DNA of 64,000 nucleotides from Tubulanus polymorphus (Eukaryota; Animalia; Nemertea), in contig NC_134026.1 of NCBI RefSeq assembly GCF_964204645.1, positions 19,068,150 to 19,132,149 on the forward strand. Reading direction: 5' to 3'. Shown in pieces: positions 54,401 to 64,000 of the stretch. The translations under genes were made by a program, and so were the position numbers. The notes beneath the pieces are model-generated. The model worked only from the letters and a program-made list of their open reading frames with translations, searched no databases and had not been told where the DNA came from. Within the stretch, counting starts at the first letter, position 1. Each line of letters starts with the position of its first letter.

Positions 54401-57400
54401 CGCAACTAATGCCTCTACCTAACAGTAGATGATTTGGAGTGAGAGGTGGTGGGTCGTTCACATCGCCAGTCGGTTTGGTTAAAGGTCTATTGTTGAGGAT
54501 GCACTCCACTTCACACATTAACGTGGACAACGTCTCATCATCTAACCTATATGAATGCTCCTTTATTAGACCGTGTAGAACCTTTCTTACAGAACGGATC
54601 AGTCGCTCCCAAATCCCGCCAAAATGGGAGGCAGTCGGCGGGTTCAGCTCCCATCTAACACCGATCTTTGCTAACTCGGATTCTATTTTCTCACCATCGA
54701 GATCCTTTAATGCAGCCTCTAACTCAGCTCGAGCCCCAACCAGGTTTGTTCCGTTATCAGAGCGCATCACGCGGACCGGCCCTCGTCTAGATACGAACCT
54801 TCGATACGCGTTAATACACGAGTCAGTTTCCAGAGAGTGGGCTATCTCCAAATGTACGGCCCTAGACGTCATGCAGCTGAAGATCACGCCATAACGCTTG
54901 ACCTCGGAGCGACGGTGCTTTATGGTGAACGGGCCAAAATAGTCCACGCCAGTGTTAGAGAACGGCGGGTCACCTATACCCAACCTCTCTTGTGGAAGGT
55001 CGGCCATCTTTTGACGACAAAAGGCACGCTGATATCGACGACAAGTACCACAATCACCAACAATGGATTTCACCAGGCCGGGACCACCTTGGACCCAAAA
55101 CTGATCCCGTAGACGAGCGAGGACAGTGTCCTTTCCCAGATGTCCAACATTTGAATGGGTCTCACGAATTATCAGCCTAGACACGTGCGACATTTTAGGC
55201 AATATTATCGGGTGTTTAGCTTCAAATGGTTTTCTAGCACGGCCAATACGACCCCCAACCCGTAGCAGGTGGTCACTATCGATGAATACATCAAACTTAT
55301 ATAAGGGACTTCGCCGCTTGATCGCTTTTCCCTTTTGTAATGTGCGGAATTCCTCATTATAATACCGTTGCTGTTCACAACTAATGATAGCATTTGTAGC
55401 TTGCTCTATCATGCCGACAGCAGGTCTACGCAATTTGATCTCAGCTAGAGCGGAATTTACTTCTCTATCGGATTTGCCTTGGAGTTCTTTACGAAGACGG
55501 ACACGAGCGCGTAAATATTCCTTTACAGAGACAAACCATGCGACACCTCTTCGAAGACGGTACCAGTCGGAGTAGTGTTTTACGACAGGGTCTAGGGTAG
55601 CGTCCCTTTCAGATGAGGTCATAATAACATTACTGCTAGCTATAATCTCTAAATCTTCACTTGAGACGTCATCGTCTCCAACACTTTCAACTGGCCAGTG
55701 TTCCTCGGTTTTCCGCAAGAAGTCTGGACCCTCACACCATAAACGACTTTTCTCAACGTCATCGAAACTTAATCCACGTGATGGGTAATCGGCAGGATTC
55801 TGGTCGGTGGGCACATGACGCCAATCCTTCACTTCAGACCCATCGCGTATGACAGCGATACGATTTGCTACAAACGTGCTATATCTGGATGTGGTGTTTC
55901 GAATATAACAAAGAACTACCTTACTGTCCGACCAGTAATGTACGCTATCGATTTTTCTGCTTAGCTCATTCTGAAGCACATTACTGAGTTTCACTGCTGT
56001 GGCTGCGGCAGTCAGCTCTAAACGCGGGATCGAAACAGATTTCAGCGGAGCTACTCGAGCTTTACCAAGTACGAGTGAGCAACCAATTTTACCACTAGAG
56101 TCCACAAAGCGTATGTACGCACACATTCCGTAGCCGTGGATGCTAGCGTCGGCAAATATGTGTAACTGATTGTCGACTATATCTGAGAAACCTTCAGGCA
56201 CGCAGCATCTTGGGATTTTAAACGACGACATTCTAGACATATCTTCGCACCATGATTCAAATAATTTGGACTCTTCTGATTTGATAGTTTCATCCCATTC
56301 AGCTTTTCGCAGTGTCAAGTTTTGTAACAATACCTTGCCAGGTAATATGTATGGGCTAAGAAAGCCGATAGGATCATAGATTGAACATATGAACGATAAA
56401 ACACCACGCCGTGTTGGTTTAACCTCTTTGTCAGGCATAATAAATTCGAACGCATCAGTTTCCGCGCACCATTTAATACCAAGAGCGCCCTCAGTTGGTA
56501 GAACATCATCTATCATACCTTTAGCTAACTTCGACCTTTCGACGCTTTCGAGAACTTTGCGATTGTTGCTCAACCATCCAGTTAGATTAAAACCGCCGAG
56601 AGCGCATAAATCACTGATACTACTTACTAGCTTCAGAGCTTCAGGAATCGTTTCGACCGATTTGAGGAAGTCATCAACATAGAAGTTTCTAACGATACAG
56701 TCCTTGACTTCTAACGGGAAGTTAGGGTAATCGACGACCAAACGACGTAACGCGTAATTAGCACAGCTGGGCGATGATACTGCGCCGAATGGATGCACAG
56801 TCATACGGTATTCGGTTGGAATTTTACCCATGTCACCGTCTTTCCACCAGAGAAATCGTAGGACATCCCGGTCCGCAGCCGGAACCTTAACCTGGTAAAA
56901 CATTTTCTGAATGTCCGATTTAATGGCAATAGAATATTCTCTGAAACGTAACAGTACACCTAACAAGGAGTTTGTGAAGTCTGGTCCTTGCAAAAGTTTG
57001 TCATTTAATGATACACCAAGATACTTTGCAGAGCAATCAAACACAACCCTCGGTTTATCTGGTTTGGCCGGATGCCTAACTGCATGATGCGGTAGGTACC
57101 AAACAGGTCGTTCTCTGGTCGTGTACAATGGAACCTCCTCTGCATGACCCGATTCTAGCATAAGGTCAATAACACCTTTGTATGTACTGTACAGAGACTC
57201 ATCATTTTCAAACTTTCTTTTTAGATGCTCAAGCCTGCGCTCCGCTGAGCTGCGATTATCCGGTAGGTCGAAATCATCTTCAACAAACGGAAGCGCGACC
57301 GAATAGTGAGAGTCCTGTACACTAGTTGACTCAGTAAATATCTTCATAAAACGTTGATCCTCCTGAGAATACTCCCTGCATTCCCGTGCTACATTTTCAG

Positions 57401-60400
57401 GGAAGTCGAGTTTGATAGAGTTCTCTAACAAGCGATGTAAACTTTCGTTCTCCCCGATAATCGTGTTGCAGGTTTCAACAGGCATAACGTCACTACGATA
57501 CAAATTCCAGATCAACCAACCGAGCTTCGTTCGACATGCGTGAGGACTATTTGCTGTCTCGGCAGTACGGACTTCAGATGGTGAATAGGCTTCGGGGACA
57601 TTGTTACCGATCAAAATTCCAACCTTCTTCGTGTAGAGTTGGGCAACATCTATACCTCTTAGGTGAGGCCATTTATCAATGTCCTCCGGAGATGGGAAAC
57701 ACCGCTCCGGTATAGATATTTCGTCCTTTGAGTAAACACTCGGTAGCTTTACCGTTTCACCCGTCTGATAGTTACTAACGGTGAGGTCTTTTATTGCGAA
57801 AGTTTCGAGTTGATATTCTGATCCAATTGTCTGGATACGCATGGTCGACTTACGACCCTTTGCACTGAGCAGTTCACATAAGTCGCTGGTCACAAACGAT
57901 ACGGTGCTGCCCGGATCAAAAAAGGCGTACGTATCCACATATCCTGATCCATTTACAGTACCAAGTCTAACTGGCAGAATTGCTAAGGTGCATTGTGTAT
58001 CTCTTGCGTTGTTCATCTGAGTCACATTTACTACCGGACATGTAGAAGTTAACTTTTCTGTATTCACGGCTTTCTTAAAATGTAATACTGTTGGATGCGA
58101 TTTGGCGCAAATATCACATTTCAACACATTTCTACAGAAGCGTTTAGGGTGCCCCGGCTTGAGACACCCATAACACAGATTGAGACTACGAAGACGTTTA
58201 GATTTAGCGTCGTCTGCCAAATCAAGGAATTCCTTGCAGTTAACCAGGTCATGGCCATTACGGTTACAGTGGGCACATGGCTTACTAAAACCGTCTACTT
58301 GCTGGCTAACTGCTGCGAATGAATGGCTTTGACGTTTTGGCTTCGGGCCATTATTCATTTTCTTGTCACGAGTCTCCCGATTTTCGGTACTTGAGGTGCT
58401 GGTTAATGCTGTGCGCCCATAGACAGGATCGTTCACCTTCTTTGCTTCACGAGATACGAACATTACTAAATCTTTAAACTGTACACTAATGCCAAGATCG
58501 CGTTTACTAGCTACGATATTTCGCCACCGGTCATGCATATGGTACGGGAGTTTTTGAACGAGCCGTTTTACATTATCAGAAAACTGAAAATCAGAAAAGA
58601 TTTTCAGTCCATCGATGCTACTAACGGCATGCAGCACCTCAGTGAGAAATATGGCGTACTCATCCAAGCCGGCAGGATTGTCCGCCTTAATACTAGGCCA
58701 TTCTAATGCTCGTTTCACGTAAGCGTTTGCAACAGTTTCTTGGTCCCCATATCTATCATTTAGCTCGTTCATAGCTGCCCGGTAGCCGACTTCAGCTGGC
58801 AAATGACTGAATCCACTAACTATCTTATTTGCGGCACCAGTTGTGTACTGTTCCAAGTAGGAAAGTCTTTCTTCAAATGACTCAGAAAACTGTAAGATGC
58901 ATGTCTCAAATTGCCGTTTAAATTTTGGATACGATAATGGATCACCACCGAAAGTTTTCAGCTCGATTTTTGGCTTTCTTAGCTCATTTACTATTGATGT
59001 TACGTCATTTTGATTTGATACGGACTGACCGTGATTGACATTATCACCCGCACTCTGGTTGCCACCAACAGCATCATGACCACCGGCATTTACGACCGCC
59101 TCTGGGGTGGAAGCAGCCCCTGGCACGAAGGGTTCAACATTTGGATTCATCGAATTGTAGCTAGGCTTAACCCCTAATTTCAGCTTGAGTTCAGCAATTT
59201 GTGACTCTATCTCCATTCGTTCCTCTTCTAGCTTGAGTTCTAAGCGAAGAGCTTCGATTTCGTGTTTTCTTTTGTGCTGGGATAGGCAGAGACCCATGTA
59301 GGCAAGTCTTGCCTCGTCGTCTGATATTCTCGGGGGTAAAGCCCTTGAAGGTAGATGTGGAAATTGTATCTCTTCATCGGTTTCACTATCGCCATTGCGG
59401 TTACCAACATCACTTTGACCACTAGTTACACCAGCTCGATCACCGCTTAGACCAGGACGTTGACCACTACTGAGACCACGTTGACCATTACTGAGACCGG
59501 GTTGACCATTACTAGCATCACGTTGAGCACGACTTACACCAGGTTGGCCACCACTTGTACCAGGCCCATCTGTACACGACATAGTTCTTCAAACTTCGGA
59601 TTTCGTCAATGATGTAGACATAAAACTGATTACAAGATTTTCTTATATCTAATTGTTTAGGTTTATTCGTCCATTCATCCAGAAAGAAGATTGACTACAA
59701 AATACAAGTAAATGCATCATAAGTTTCACAATACTGATATTACAACTCTGGTGACTGAACTAATGGTAAAACAAAATTCTGGCAAATGGCTATCAGACAT
59801 CTTCCGAGTACAACCCGCGGAAGCATTTAGAACAAACACGTGTAAATCAACCGTATGGTGCTGCCACCATGCACCGGGAAAATAACAACTTGTTAACCCA
59901 TTTTACTTAGATATGAGCATACGACATTATACAAACAACATTTGTCGGTAATCTTAGAAGTATGATAAACATTATACATACCGAAATTTCCCCTTATTTG
60001 TTGCGTAACGTAAGTAATAATTACCACCGACGAGAAACTAACTTACTTTTCTCGCGGCCATATTTGAAACTACAATGAAAACTCATAGGTCGAAATAAAG
60101 CAAGACGGAAATTGCGACCTGAAACGTCGAGTATGATAAAATATATAAAAGTCGTGGAAGAAGTCTTACAGTCAAGATCATAACTAAGTAGCCAATTATT
60201 GAATAAAACTGGTCGATGGGAATATAAATTGCAGAAGAAAGCAACAAGCAAGTTGTTATGTTCGTTCTGAGTGTTAGAAACCGACTTTTCTCTTACGGTA
60301 CATAATAGCGAGGAATTCGATACTTTCTATCTTTGCGTGGTTTGGTGCCAATTTTAGTTAGCACGTGACAACCAGAATCGCAGATCGCGTCGCTTTGACC

Positions 60401-62773
60401 TACGCGCTCTTGCGACTGGCATAAACTAGTCGCACACAGTCACCGATAATCGCGTCGCAACCGACTTACGACATACGAGATAATTTTTAGCCCACTTGGG
60501 ACTTTAGTCCCAGCGGGCTTTTTCGTTCACTTTTCGTCTTGGGTCAATCGGACTCAAGATGGCCGTCCTATGACCTTTTTAGTGCCCAAAAATGTTAATT
60601 TTGGCCCAAATTCTGAGTCCTGTAGCTTCCTACTGGTTTATCATTTCTCATTGCAATTTGTGATGGGTATTCTTTGGAAAGGGATGTTTTATACCTGAGA
60701 CAGGTATTTTTCATCAGCCAATTATGACGCAATTGGCGGCCATCTTGGTGTCAGCAGTACTCATTCGTAAGTGGGAAAAAGTTTTTCCACATTATATTGA
60801 TACCTAAGCGTATTTTGTTACCACAATCATTTAGAAAGTTGTAGCTCATAACGTGTTCTATGATTGTGGTGAGTTTCAAGGTCATTGGTTTTTGTATATG
60901 GCCACCAGGGGGCGTTGAATAATGCAATATCTTAGTATTTCTATATTATATTCGTATCAATGCATATTTTGTAACCACAATCATTTGCAAAGTTGTAGCT
61001 CATGACATCATCTATGATTGTGGCAAGTTTTAAGGCCATTAGTTATTCTATATGGTCACCAGGGGGCGTTGAATAGTAGAATAACTTAGTATTTCCTTAT
61101 TATATTGGTACCTAGGCATATTTTGTTACCATGATCAATTACAAAGTTATAGTTCGTGACATTTTCTATGATTGTGGTGAGTTTCAAGGTCATTGGGTTT
61201 TGAATATGGTCACCAGGGGGCGTTGAATAGTAGAATAACTTAGTATTTCCATATTAAAGTGGTAACGAGGCATATTTTGTTATCACAATCAATTACAAAA
61301 TCGTAGTTGCTGAGATGTTCTATGACTGTGGTGAGTTTCAAGGTCATTGGATTCTGTATATGGTCACCAGGGGGCGTTGAATATTGAAATTGTTAGATTG
61401 TTGAGCATTTCGAACCACTTCCCAAGTGGGCATGGTGTCCCTGGACCCCTAGTTTTCATAATTTCGACTTAGGCCTACTATGTCCAATTTGGCTTATGTC
61501 AAAATTCAAATATGTATGTCAAATTTCGACATAATAAGTCGAAATTATGATCAAAATTATCTCCTATGTCACCAAGGGCTTCCGTAGACATCACAATCAT
61601 CGGGTCGTAAGCAATTGAGAACCATTTTTACAAGAATCTGAATCTGATTATTGCCAAGGGGTTTCTTGACGGGTGTGACTAGGCCTATATCGTACCACTC
61701 ACAACTAGGCTACCTTTTGAAGGATTAGGTCTGATTCCAATTCATATGTGTTCTGATTGGCTCATCTAACCCTAACGCATATGCGCACGAAGGTGTACGA
61801 CTTTGAAAATTCAAAGAAAGTGAAAGAACATTTCAGAGATCGGACAAAGACACGTGAGCCTCACATTGCTACCGTAGCGTCTCCCCACTAGACCACCGGA
61901 GCTTGTTGCATCCAACGGAATTTCCGAATTTACAACCTAACCCTAACCCTATCCCGGATCCCAACCATAACCTTTTCACCGTCATGAGGCGTATTCTGAC
62001 CCAAACATGGAACCCTTAACCTATATTGGTGTATTTTAGTATATATAGAGGGCAGGATAATGGATGGATTGGAACAAGACCTAGCCATCAAAAGGTGGTT
62101 GTGAACTATACGATATAGGCTTGGATTTAACTTCCGGGTAGTTGATTAATCTCGCGAGAATGGTGCTAAATCAAAATATAAACTGGAAATGAATTCAAAA
62201 TATCACAGAAATACCTTGTGTTGATATTGTTAATTTATCCGCTATTAAGTTCTGGTAAACAATTGACTGTTCAGTATCAGTATCAGGAGTCCTGCTGGCT
62301 GTTGACAGTGTGTGGGAAACACTTCAAAGGCCGCCCCGTCGTGAGGTTGAATGAATAATCCAATGGGGTTAGTCTTGGGAAACCAAGATCCAAGCGACGT
62401 AAAGCCAAAACAAACAAACGAAGCGGTCGCAGCTCTATTACTATATGAAACCAGCTTGCTAAATCAGTATCAATAGTGCGTCATAATCATCACAATTTGG
62501 AGGCATGGTATAGTTAACAGTTAGTCGTATTGCGGGATAAAGGTTTCTTACTTCGGAACCGACTTCGCCAGATTTCGACTGCCCCCAGGTCCTGCGAGTT
62601 AGAGCTAGGCATTACGGCGATAGCATCGTTCAATCGTCTCTTTGTTTTAAGGTCAGGAAGACGACACAATTGACTACGATGAAGGAACGAAGATAACACC
62701 GTTCAATATGAAAGAGGAAATGGAAGAAGGCCATTTCGACACGGAAGGCACATATATTTTCAAATCAAACAAG
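51455..62773 (+). CDS. CD2BP2: CD2 antigen cytoplasmic tail-binding protein 2 (U5-52K/Lin1), partial: exons 51455-51647 and 62652-62773; next exon may begin at 63997
   Basis: KGKHSLDSDEEDD in exon 1 joins in phase 1 to GQEDDTIDYDEGTKITPFNMKEEMEEGHFDTEG, both CD2BP2 signature motifs. Confidence 0.93.
52949..60170 (-). mobile_element. Intact, very young BEL/Pao LTR retrotransposon in CD2BP2 intron 1 (antisense)
   Basis: 558-bp LTRs TG...CA at 52949-53506 and 59613-60170 with no differences seen by eye; 5-bp TSD GTCAA; PPT-like TTTGAGGGCCGGTA next to the 3' LTR. Confidence 0.98.
54048..59582 (-). CDS. BEL/Pao Gag-Pol polyprotein, 1844 aa
   Basis: Uninterrupted ORF: gag with three CCHC-type knuckles, protease FFDPGS, RT YVDD, RNase H IFADAS, integrase HHCC + DDE (VDYFGP, SDNGTN, WERL). 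Confidence 0.97.
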   Translation of the reverse strand: MSCTDGPGTSGGQPGVSRAQRDASNGQPGLSNGQRGLSSGQRPGLSGDRAGVTSGQSDVGNRNGDSETDEEIQFPHLPSRALPPRISDDEARLAYMGLCLSQHKRKHEIEALRLELKLEEERMEIESQIAELKLKLGVKPSYNSMNPNVEPFVPGAASTPEAVVNAGGHDAVGGNQSAGDNVNHGQSVSNQNDVTSIVNELRKPKIELKTFGGDPLSYPKFKRQFETCILQFSESFEERLSYLEQYTTGAANKIVSGFSHLPAEVGYRAAMNELNDRYGDQETVANAYVKRALEWPSIKADNPAGLDEYAIFLTEVLHAVSSIDGLKIFSDFQFSDNVKRLVQKLPYHMHDRWRNIVASKRDLGISVQFKDLVMFVSREAKKVNDPVYGRTALTSTSSTENRETRDKKMNNGPKPKRQSHSFAAVSQQVDGFSKPCAHCNRNGHDLVNCKEFLDLADDAKSKRLRSLNLCYGCLKPGHPKRFCRNVLKCDICAKSHPTVLHFKKAVNTEKLTSTCPVVNVTQMNNARDTQCTLAILPVRLGTVNGSGYVDTYAFFDPGSTVSFVTSDLCELLSAKGRKSTMRIQTIGSEYQLETFAIKDLTVSNYQTGETVKLPSVYSKDEISIPERCFPSPEDIDKWPHLRGIDVAQLYTKKVGILIGNNVPEAYSPSEVRTAETANSPHACRTKLGWLIWNLYRSDVMPVETCNTIIGENESLHRLLENSIKLDFPENVARECREYSQEDQRFMKIFTESTSVQDSHYSVALPFVEDDFDLPDNRSSAERRLEHLKRKFENDESLYSTYKGVIDLMLESGHAEEVPLYTTRERPVWYLPHHAVRHPAKPDKPRVVFDCSAKYLGVSLNDKLLQGPDFTNSLLGVLLRFREYSIAIKSDIQKMFYQVKVPAADRDVLRFLWWKDGDMGKIPTEYRMTVHPFGAVSSPSCANYALRRLVVDYPNFPLEVKDCIVRNFYVDDFLKSVETIPEALKLVSSISDLCALGGFNLTGWLSNNRKVLESVERSKLAKGMIDDVLPTEGALGIKWCAETDAFEFIMPDKEVKPTRRGVLSFICSIYDPIGFLSPYILPGKVLLQNLTLRKAEWDETIKSEESKLFESWCEDMSRMSSFKIPRCCVPEGFSDIVDNQLHIFADASIHGYGMCAYIRFVDSSGKIGCSLVLGKARVAPLKSVSIPRLELTAAATAVKLSNVLQNELSRKIDSVHYWSDSKVVLCYIRNTTSRYSTFVANRIAVIRDGSEVKDWRHVPTDQNPADYPSRGLSFDDVEKSRLWCEGPDFLRKTEEHWPVESVGDDDVSSEDLEIIASSNVIMTSSERDATLDPVVKHYSDWYRLRRGVAWFVSVKEYLRARVRLRKELQGKSDREVNSALAEIKLRRPAVGMIEQATNAIISCEQQRYYNEEFRTLQKGKAIKRRSPLYKFDVFIDSDHLLRVGGRIGRARKPFEAKHPIILPKMSHVSRLIIRETHSNVGHLGKDTVLARLRDQFWVQGGPGLVKSIVGDCGTCRRYQRAFCRQKMADLPQERLGIGDPPFSNTGVDYFGPFTIKHRRSEVKRYGVIFSCMTSRAVHLEIAHSLETDSCINAYRRFVSRRGPVRVMRSDNGTNLVGARAELEAALKDLDGEKIESELAKIGVRWELNPPTASHFGGIWERLIRSVRKVLHGLIKEHSYRLDDETLSTLMCEVECILNNRPLTKPTGDVNDPPPLTPNHLLLGRGISCDAPGLFVKKDLYVKRRWRCVQYLVDQFWSRWLVEYLPLLQLRQKWQTDSGDPNLQIGDVVLLADGGARNSWAMGKVIETFPDSQGAVRSVKVKTANNALVRPIHKLVLLLEVDSPRD
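60484..61455 (+). mobile_element. Helentron/HINE (DINE-1-like) non-autonomous element with internal 154-bp tandem array
   Basis: 5' TTTTTAGCCCACTTGGG plus a short hairpin; subterminal inverted CCCAAGTGGGC at 61421; 3' short hairpin ending CTAGTTTT; about 4 tandem units between. Confidence 0.75.
61683..62120. mobile_element. Probable MITE containing CCCTAA-type repeats and a tRNA-like fragment
   Basis: GCCTATATCGTA...TCACAAC mirrored by GTTGTGA..TACGATATAGGC. Confidence 0.5.
62305..62419 (+). mobile_element. Probable SINE 3' end
   Basis: Ends GACGTAAAGCCAAAACAAACAAAC; a similar GACGTAAAG...(CAAA)n tail lies at 3569-3602. Confidence 0.4.
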
Positions 62774-63427
62774 GTAATGGTGACATTAGAAAGTACGCAA
62801 AAGAAGATGAAGTCTATCCTTATAGTTATCGGAGTACGGAAGCGATAAAGGGCCTCCAGTTGTCGCGTTCCAACTCGATAAGTCGCCATATTTATGTTGA
62901 TAAATCGCGTCAAGTCGACATCATTATGTCGACATATGGTGACATTTTTACAAAAAAATTTGCTCTTTTGCCCATTTTCCACGGAACAAGCCGTCATTTG
63001 AAGACACGTCGAAATATAAAACGAGGATGCCAGTAATATGATGACTGAGTTGAGTTTCAAGTAACATAAATATGTCTCCTTGTTGATTTGGAACGCGAAA
63101 TCTGGAGGCACTTTATCGGATCAGAGGCATTGTGTTTCGTGTCAAAATAAGAGCTTTGAAATTCATAGGCAGTAACAGTTTTTTATGCAACATGAAAGTT
63201 ACAAATCTGCCCGTTCGACTTTTCAGATTGAATTGCTGGAAGCCATGTTTTGAACTTGCCGATGGCATCGTAGAAATTATTTAACTTAAATGTACAAAGG
63301 AAAATTCTATTTTCAGCACAAAATCTAACCCCTACATTATTTCGGCAAGAGAACTTGATAACAATGTCATTCAAATTCACAGTGATGTGACTAGAAAAAT
63401 TAGTTGGCAAAGTCTGTTGATGTAGTG

Positions 63428-63700
63428 CAGAGCCGTCGGAAGGAATTTTTCAGTGGCGAGGCTTATTTCTGAAGGGTGGTCTGGGGACCCTCCCCTAGAA
63501 AATTTTGAAAATTCAATCGCCGGAGATGCGTTTTGGGGCCATTTTACGGTCTCATTTGCAGAAGCATGAGAAGTCGTGAGCCAACCACCTAGAACAGAGA
63601 ACGAAGAGCTGCTACGCGGTACAGCGTGCTTTTGAAAAAAATTTTTGTTAAGCAAAAAAGTGCCAAAGCCGCCCCTGCCGCCCCTGTTCCGACGGCCCTG
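63428..63700. mobile_element. hAT-like MITE with 5-bp TSD
   Basis: CAGAGCCGTCGGAA...TTCCGACGGCCCTG flanked by TAGTG on both sides. Confidence 0.7.
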
Positions 63701-63709
63701 TAGTGTTAC

Positions 63710-63915
63710 CATTTATATATGGATCTATGCATATTTTGTTACCAAATTCAATTGCAAAGTCGTAGCTCATGACGTTTTCTATAATTGTTGGATGTTTCAA
63801 GGTCATTGCTTTCTGTATGTGTTCAGCAAGGTGTGTTGAATATTGAAATAGTTGGATTGTCGAGCATTCGAGACCACTTCCCAATTGGGCATAGTGTCCG
63901 TGCGTACTCCTAAGT
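63710..63915 (+). mobile_element. 3' fragment of the same Helentron/HINE-like family as 60484-61455
   Basis: One array unit (GCATATTTTGTTACC...TTTCAAGGTCATTG) followed by CCACTTCCCAATTGGGCATAGTGTCC. Confidence 0.75.
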
Positions 63916-64000
63916 AGTTCTTGATAACAAATTGTTCAAAATGAAATTTTCCCATGTCGATATTTTTTCATATTATTTATTAATTGTGTCTGGTAGGATG

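Noticed and set aside
61935-61972. CCCTAA repeats (also about 31030-31065) as interstitial telomere
   Set aside because: Too short and degenerate, and embedded in or next to repeat elements.

Overview
AT-rich, intron-containing animal genomic DNA; the gene and repeat content is consistent with a marine invertebrate, probably a lophotrochozoan (inference). Five host genes were assembled by hand from GT/AG sites and reading-frame phase: (1) an unrecognised 4-exon, 297-aa gene on the minus strand (548-2958); (2) a PDZD7-like Usher-complex scaffold with an extra N-terminal harmonin-homology domain (5773-18546); (3) a type-I membrane protein, signal peptide-SRCR-6xFN3-RPTP-like juxtamembrane domain-TM-short NPxY tail with no phosphatase domain, whose signal-peptide exon is duplicated (19313/21288-37353); (4) a Cys-rich family-B (Methuselah-like) GPCR (41425-47300); (5) the first exons of CD2BP2 (51455 onward). 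There are two full-length BEL/Pao LTR retrotransposons. One is decayed and has a tRNA-His PBS (22597-28909). The other is intact, has LTRs with no visible differences and has no recognisable tRNA PBS (52949-60170). Also present: a LINE fragment, SINE fragments, many MITEs (including a TAYGG...CCRTA group with 6-bp TSDs), and a Helentron/HINE-like element carrying a 154-bp array of CTCF-consensus motifs. No CRISPR array, rRNA or intact tRNA was seen. All identities are from motif recognition by eye; no database search was run.
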